A program made the translations under genes and the position numbers. Of a DNA stretch of 13,176 nucleotides, positions 7,866-13,176 are shown in pieces. Positions within the stretch are counted from its first letter, which is position 1; every line of letters begins with the position of its first letter. The stretch comes from Azolla caroliniana (Eukaryota; Plantae; Polypodiophyta): the NCBI GenBank assembly GCA_043228905.1, contig JBHGNT010000987.1:1-13176 (forward strand), read 5' to 3'. Under the pieces are notes generated by a model. It saw nothing but the letters and a program-made list of their open reading frames with translations. It was not told where the DNA came from and ran no database searches.

Positions 7866-8561
7866 TGTTGGGAACACGACGTTCCTTATGTCCGACGCTC
7901 GGCCACAACCGAGATTCTTTTCATACACAGAAAAACAGGTAATGAAACGCGACACAAAAGAAAAAGAAGAGGAGAAATGGTACACAGGAGGTATACGTGG
8001 AAAACCCCAAAATAGGGGAAAAACCACGGCAGCCCACGAACTGCAAACTGTCACTATGCCGAAATATACAACAGTAAGATCACTGAGGCAACGACCTCGT
8101 GTTCTCAGATCTTCGCCACAGGCGGCGGTTACAACAGAGGCAACGACCTCATCTCTCTCTCTCTCTTTCTCTTTCTCTATCTCACACTCTGTACAGTTAC
8201 ACGCTCTAATTTCTTCTTGCACCAACAAGAAAGAATAACAACAAGAATGACAACGGTAACTAAAAGTTTTCCCTAAGTCATATTTATACTAATATGACTT
8301 TTCGGCTATTTACAAAAGTAGCCTCGATGGGCTCCATCCGGCTCTCCGCAGTCGGGTACTCCTCATCCGGTTCATACCGGGCCTACACCATCCGACTCTC
8401 CGTAGTCGGGTACTCCTCATCCGGTTCATACCGGGCCTACACCATCCGACTCTCCGAAGTCGGGTTCTCCCCATCCGGTTCATACTGTTTCGGCCTCGGC
8501 CGAGTTTGCTCGTCGGCACTGTTCTTCTCCCTTCCCATCCGGAGGGACCTGTCTTCCAACA
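7866..8561 (-). mobile_element. Solo LTR (696 bp), probably Copia-derived, inserted in the Gypsy RNase H
   Basis: TGTTGG...CCAACA inverted termini. Flanks are TTTTG and TTTTTG (5-bp TSD plus one extra T). Host reading GAIL|SQPNDDG resumes after it. Minus-strand TATAAATA at 8281-8288. No internal coding domains, PBS or PPT. Confidence 0.85.
8334..8485. repeat. 54-bp GC-rich tandem repeat (about 2.8 copies) in solo-LTR U3
   Basis: CCATCCGACTCTCCGTAGTCGGGTACTCCTCATCCGGTTCATACCGGGCCTACA units start at 8334, 8388 and 8442. Confidence 0.95.
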
Positions 8562-8564
8562 TTT

Positions 8565-8890
8565 TTGTCCCAACCAAACGACGATGGCACACTACATTGG
8601 GTCGCTTTCTACTCCCAGAACTTTACAGCCCCGGAAATCAATTATCCAGTCTATGACAAGGAGCTTGCAGTTATCATCTCTACCTTCGTCGAATGGCAAC
8701 CCTATCTCGTTGGGGGCCCGTTACATATCCAGGTGTGGACCGACCACAAGAAACTCATCTACTTCACCACCAGTCATACATTGAATCGAAGGCAAGCTCA
8801 TTGGTCATCTTTTCTCCCTAACTACGACTTCGAAATCTTGTTTTGACCCGACGTTCAACATGGGAAAGCGGATGCCCTCTCTTGGCAATC
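8565..8890 (+). pseudogene. pol: Gypsy RNase H C-terminal part
   Basis: SQPNDDGTLHWVAFYSQNFTAPEINYPVYDKELAVII...WTDHKKL...LNRRQAHW...GKADALS. Confidence 0.92.
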
Positions 8891-8965
8891 ACATTTTGCG
8901 TACGCCTAGGTGACGACGTATATTCTCAGGAATCACATTGTTTATTGTGGCCCGATCAACTATAG

Positions 8966-10200
8966 ATGTTCGCAACCTACATGTTGCATGATGATTCCTT
9001 GCTCAACGAAATCTCTCAAGCCACCATGTCAGACCCATTCGTTACCAACATCCTGGCGCGCATCAATTACCCATTCCAAGGAATGCAAACCTTGGATCTC
9101 AGTCACTTTACAACTCGGGATGGGCTACTTTATCATAATCACCTCGTTTACATACTAGCCGGAGCATGTCATACTCGAGTCCTAACAAATTGCTACGATG
9201 ATCCTCTTGTCGGCCACTTTGGGGTCATGAAAACATTGGAGTTGCTATCTCGGGGGTTTTGGTGGCCCCAACCTAGGAAATTTGTCAAAGAAGTTATCAA
9301 GATGTGTGACGTTTGTGCCCGCTCCAAAGTAGCTCACCATCGTCCATATGGCCTTCTCCACCCGCTTCCACTTCCTAGTCAACCCTAGGCCTCTCTCTTG
9401 ATGGACTTCATAACCAACCTCCCTCACATCAATGGTCATGACACAAAGATGGGCTCACTTTGTCCCATGCTCAAAAACCATTTCGGGGGAGGAGACAACG
9501 GACCTTTTTTTGAAAAATGTCGTTCATCCACATGGCTTATCCGAGGATGTCACTTCTGATCAAGGTCCTCAATTTATCTCCCCTTCTGGCGACAACTTCC
9601 GCAAACATTCTGGACTTCTATGAACTTGTCAACAACGTACCACACTCAAACTGATGGCCAAACCGAAAGTATCAACCAAATCCTCGAACTATACCTTCGG
9701 TGTACAGTCAGCTACCAACAAGAGGATTGGGTGGACTTCCTTGCCATGACAGAATTTTCCTACAATAATAGTATCCATGCCTCAACTAAGGTTTCCCCAC
9801 TCTTTGTAAATTATGGGTTCCACCCTCATTTCAGCATTTCCATTCCTGCGATTTTTGTCAATCAGTCGGCAGAGATGCGTGCCACCACTTTACAAGATGT
9901 CCATCGTGACCTCTCCCTTGAGCTCCATTTCGTTGGCAAACAATATAAGGATCACACTAACCTTCATCGCTTGGCCGTGCCAACCTTCGCAGTCGGTGAC
10001 ATGGTTTGGTTGTTACATCGCCACATCACCACCACCCGTCCTTGTGCGAAGCTAGACTACAAAAAGCTAGGCAACTTCCCTATCATCAAGTGAAACAACC
10101 CAATCACATTCCGGATAGCGCTTCCCCCAACATTCAAGATTCACAATGTTTTCTACGTCTCTCTCCTTGAACTATACCATCCTTCTCAAATTCCGGGACG
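8966..10200 (+). pseudogene. pol: Gypsy integrase (HHCC, core, GPY/F region)
   Basis: YDDPLVGHFGVMKT...CDVCARSK, MDFI, SDQGPQF, STTYHTQTDGQTE, KLDYKKLGNF, IHNVFYVSLL. Contains stops and frameshifts. Confidence 0.92.
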
Positions 10201-10240
10201 ACAACCTCCTCCACCGACACCCGTAGAATTATCAACAAGG

Positions 10241-10405
10241 GAGGAGTACGAGGTTGAGCAAATCCTCGACTCCCGCTTGCATTGACAAAAACTTCAATAC
10301 TTGGTCTTATGGAAAGGTTACCCCATTTCGGATGCCACGTAAGAACTGGTTACACCTTTACAAAAGGCTCCCAAGACCACTCGAGCTTTTTTTCAAGGGT
10401 ACACA
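10241..10405 (+). pseudogene. Chromodomain at the integrase C-terminus
   Basis: EEYEVEQILDSRLH*QKLQYLVLWKGYPISDAT*E matches the canonical YEVE-I...YLV-WKGY...WE chromo motif. Confidence 0.9.
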
Positions 10406-10438
10406 CAGAAGCCAGTCATGGATCTTCGGAGGCAACTT

Positions 10439-10448
10439 AGGGGGAGGA
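10439..10448 (+). promoter_or_regulatory. Polypurine tract
   Basis: AGGGGGAGGA, 3 nt before the 3' LTR TG. Confidence 0.85.
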
Positions 10449-10451
10449 TAA

Positions 10452-10810
10452 TGTCATAGACATATGTCATGCAACAGTGAAAGGTAGGGATTGAACCCAA
10501 GACCTCTTGGTCTCCATTGGGCAACCCTACCAACTAATCTACATCCATCAATGCATCCTTATATAAAATCTAACATCATGTATGGTAGATTAAACATTGG
10601 AAGTTCCTAGCTTGCATGCATTCTCATGCATTCTCTATTTCTAGCTGGCATACATACCTCTACCTTCTTGTATAAATACTCAGGTGCACCTTGATTCTAA
10701 TCAAGGTGAACAACACCAGTTACGGAATCATAAGTTATGTTCTTGTTTTTTCTCTCTCTCCTAGTTCTTAGTTTCGTGTTGGTTCTACTCTATTATATTC
10801 ATTCGTGATA
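10452..10810 (+). repeat. Gypsy 3' LTR (359 bp)
   Basis: TGTCA...GTGATA (decayed TGACA), preceded by the PPT and followed by TSD GTTTG. TATAAATA at 10671-10678. Confidence 0.92.
10483..10546 (-). promoter_or_regulatory. tRNA-like Pol III A-box/B-box module in Gypsy 3' LTR (antisense)
   Basis: Minus strand reads GGATG-TAGATTAGTTGG-TAGGG...GAGGTCTTG-GGTTCAATCC-CTA. A box at 10530-10541, B box at 10488-10497. Confidence 0.6.
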
Positions 10811-10815
10811 GTTTG
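10811..10815. repeat. Right 5-bp target site duplication GTTTG of the Gypsy insertion
   Basis: Matches 4784-4788. Confidence 0.9.
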
Positions 10816-12411
10816 CGTTGGACCCCACACATATGAGTGAATTACGTCCATGAGGCCTTTGCTTACGTTTCTCTCCTTCGAAAATGGATGCCAATGTTGT
10901 TTGCCGATTTGGCAAACTTCACACACTCCAATACTGTCCTTCTCTATCAATTTTGGGAGTCCGATGAAGACTCCTTTCGTCTGGAGGCTTTTGAGCTTTT
11001 GGAGGTTGATGTGTCTGATTCTTTTGTGCCACAATTCTATGTCCATGTCGGCTTTCAGACCTTTTGCAAACATGATAGATTTCAACTTGTATGAGTCAAG
11101 AATGAACATTCGGCCCTCTCTTCGTCCGTGAGCAATGACTCGGCCTTCTTCCTCAATGAAAGAACTTGCGTGGTTGAAACGGATTTGCATGCCTTGTTCC
11201 ATAATTTGCCTGACTGAGACCAAATTCTTCGTTATGGTCAGAACATGCAACACGTTTTTGATATATAGGTTTGGTTGCTAACATGTCGTATCGGGTGAGT
11301 GGTGTCATCTCCAGGCTCAACATAGTCGGGCCGATCCGGGCTCCCTCAAGCCTCAAAACCAGTCTTAATGAGATGTCATATTGTTTAGGGCATCGGAGTC
11401 AACAAATCACACATCTTCTGCATTGGACGTCTCAGTCGGATTGGAGGCCGACATAGAATTTGCGTTATGTCTTATTACGAACATCCCTCCATGATTGTCG
11501 TGGTTAGAGTTATTGGCATGATTGGTGAGTTGTCGGCTTGTGCAGGCCGACTCACGTTTCTTCTTTCAGCACTCTACCTCATGGTGGCCGATTTTGCCAC
11601 AATACCCACATTTGGTGGGATTATTTTGTTAGCGCAATCCAGCATGAAAGCTCCCCCTCCTGCCGAATGTTCCTCGAGTGTTTCCAACATCTTGCCTATA
11701 GTAGAAATTATGTTCATGCAATGATTCTCTATCGTTTCAGCCTTGGCCGAATCGGCCTCTTTTTCCACGATCACGTCCTCTTCCTCCGTCCGAGTGTGAA
11801 TAGGGCATGTGACCTTCTGATGCATTGCTCCTCGTTCGGATGTGATTTTCTTCAACCAATAGCATCGACTGGAGATCAAAGAAGGAGGGAGGATTCTCTC
11901 ATACGAGGACGGCTAATTTTATTGTGCTAAAACGGGGTGCTAGGCCATCGAGGCATATTTACACCATTTCATCGTCGTCAATGTTAACATTGATCGAGTC
12001 GAATGAGTCACACAACTCCTTGAGCTTCAAGGTATAGCTTGTGATTGACATATCCCTCTATTGGATGTTATTCAACTCTTGACGAAGTTGAAGTTTTTGT
12101 GTGGTTGTGTTGGCTACAAAAATCTTCATTAGGTTCACCCATGCTTCCTTCGTCATCTTAGGCTTCCGAATGAAGCCGAGCATGTGGTCGTGGACACATG
12201 ACGCCAAACAGTACAACACTCGACTTGCCGCTTGCTCCCATGTTGGGTAGTCAGCGTGTGTTGGGTTGGGTTTCATTTCTTGTGCTCCCTCAATATAGCA
12301 GCTCCAATAACCTTGACCGACAAGGTGTTGGTGCATCTTGTATTCCCAATAGGCAAAGTTATTTCTATCCAGCTTTTCGCTAGGGAGAGAGTTGCCTATC
12401 TGACTGTTCAT
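10811..12411 (-). pseudogene. gag-pol: Copia polyprotein 5' part: Gag, zinc knuckle, protease, GAG-pre-integrase and start of integrase
   Basis: MNSQIG..KLDRNNFAYWEYKM, KLQLRQELNNIQ, CGYCGKIGHHEVEC (11610-11569), *FVDSDALNNMT (decayed WFVDSGASNHMT, near 11400), NLVSVRQI, LWHKRIRH...CEVCQIGKQH, VIHSYVWGP. Confidence 0.92.
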
Positions 12412-12530
12412 GATGGTCGATTGGTTAAAGTTGTTTTCCTTTTTCTTCTTCTCTGCTTGATGAACCAATTCTTCTTGATCGTCGGTGTATAACACAACAC
12501 GGGTGAATGGGTTGGATCAGAATACCAATC

Positions 12531-12542
12531 GCTCTAATACCA
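12531..12542 (-). promoter_or_regulatory. Copia primer binding site (initiator Met tRNA)
   Basis: Minus strand TGGTATTAGAGC, one mismatch from canonical TGGTATCAGAGC. Confidence 0.85.
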
Positions 12543-12576
12543 CATTAAGAATCAAGTATGATTCAATGCAGTGGAA

Positions 12577-12623
<47 letters not shown>

Positions 12624-12820
12624 TAGTCGACACAAGATAGACAGAAACTAATAAAACTGTATTCACAAGAATGACAACCAATAACGATACAAAGGAGAAG
12701 AGAAGGTGCTTATATGGTCACCTTCTCTCTACACCCTCTTACTACAACTATCTCTTAGGAAAGAGGAGGGAAATTAACTACCTACTAACTATGTGCCATA
12801 GAAGTTTAGTCTTTATGACA
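12543..12820 (-). repeat. Probable Copia 5' LTR (outer boundary tentative)
   Basis: Immediately upstream of the PBS. TATA-like ATATAAG near 12709-12715 on the minus strand. Candidate TG start (TGTCATAAAG) at 12820. No second copy in the window to confirm it. Confidence 0.55.
12581..12622. repeat. Compound microsatellite (TG)14(AG)7
   Basis: Read directly from the sequence. Confidence 0.95.
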
Positions 12821-13176
12821 CATTAGTTACGTTACATAGTGGTAGTGGTGTGTCCACACACTTGTAGTCTTAGGATGTGTTCACACCATAGGGAAGTTGA
12901 GTTTGATCCTCCATAGGAACAATCCACATTTGTTCTTAAGCAAACCTTTTTTACTCATTCTCATGTACATGGACCTTCAAGGCAATGAGAGGCTTGGATC
13001 TTTCCATATGAAATTGCTCAATTTGCACTACAATGATGTAATCACCTTGATATAGATGGGTCCCTCCAGAATTTCTAGAATATTCTTCCCTAATTCATGT
13101 GAAACTTTTGGCTTATCTTTAGCTCTAGAGCTCACATTGAAGTAAAACTTCTCGTAACATCAGCGAGGGCCTACAT

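Larger units (their letters stand above)
4789..10810 (+). mobile_element. Full-length but decayed Ty3/Gypsy chromovirus LTR retrotransposon (Tf1/sushi/Tcn1-like architecture)
   Basis: Two LTRs both start TGTCATAGACATATG (4789, 10452). GTTTG flanks both ends (4784-4788, 10811-10815). PPT lies before the 3' LTR. Domain order is gag-PR-RT-RH-IN-chromodomain, with many stops and frameshifts. Confidence 0.95.
4173..12820 (-). mobile_element. Ty1/Copia LTR retrotransposon, interrupted by the Gypsy element and 3'-truncated (no RT, RH or 3' LTR)
   Basis: LTR-PBS-gag-PR-IN order on the minus strand. Integrase is continuous across the Gypsy insertion. Homology ends after KGYKSFNPST near 4180. Confidence 0.9.

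Noticed and set aside
8334-8485. CRISPR-like appearance of the palindromic repeats (also 1212-1340)
   Set aside because: Units are head-to-tail with no unique spacers, no cas genes are present, and the context is eukaryotic retroelement sequence.
7779-8656. ORFs of 87-149 aa inside the solo LTR
   Set aside because: They arise from GC-rich tandem repeats and CT tracts, with no protein motifs.
12835-12915. Possible SINE-like A/B boxes and GTGTGT-CC-ACACAC palindrome right of the Copia LTR
   Set aside because: Boxes are too degenerate, and there is no tail or TSD to support a call.

Overview
A eukaryotic, plant-type repeat region (inferred bryophyte/non-seed-plant-like) with no intact host gene. 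It is dominated by a three-tier nest of decayed LTR retrotransposons. (1) A minus-strand Ty1/Copia element (LTR about 12543-12820, Met-tRNA PBS, gag-PR-IN) has its integrase split at a 5-bp GTTTG target duplication. (2) The splitting element is a full-length plus-strand Ty3/Gypsy chromovirus (4789-10810; gag-PR-RT-RH-IN-chromodomain). (3) Its RNase H is in turn split by a 696-bp solo LTR (7866-8561). The Copia is truncated at about 4175 and fused to a foreign double zinc-knuckle Gag fragment. The most unusual signals are in the Gypsy LTRs. There is no tRNA PBS, but an 11-nt site is complementary to the predicted transcript 5' end (Tf1-like self-priming). A hairpin could mask the 3' copy of that primer, and both LTRs carry an antisense tRNA-like A-box/B-box module. 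Bases 1-3740 hold palindromic repeat arrays, a diverged direct-repeat pair around a gag-like scrap, a foldback element and microsatellites. All domain calls come from hand translation and motif recognition; no database searches were run.
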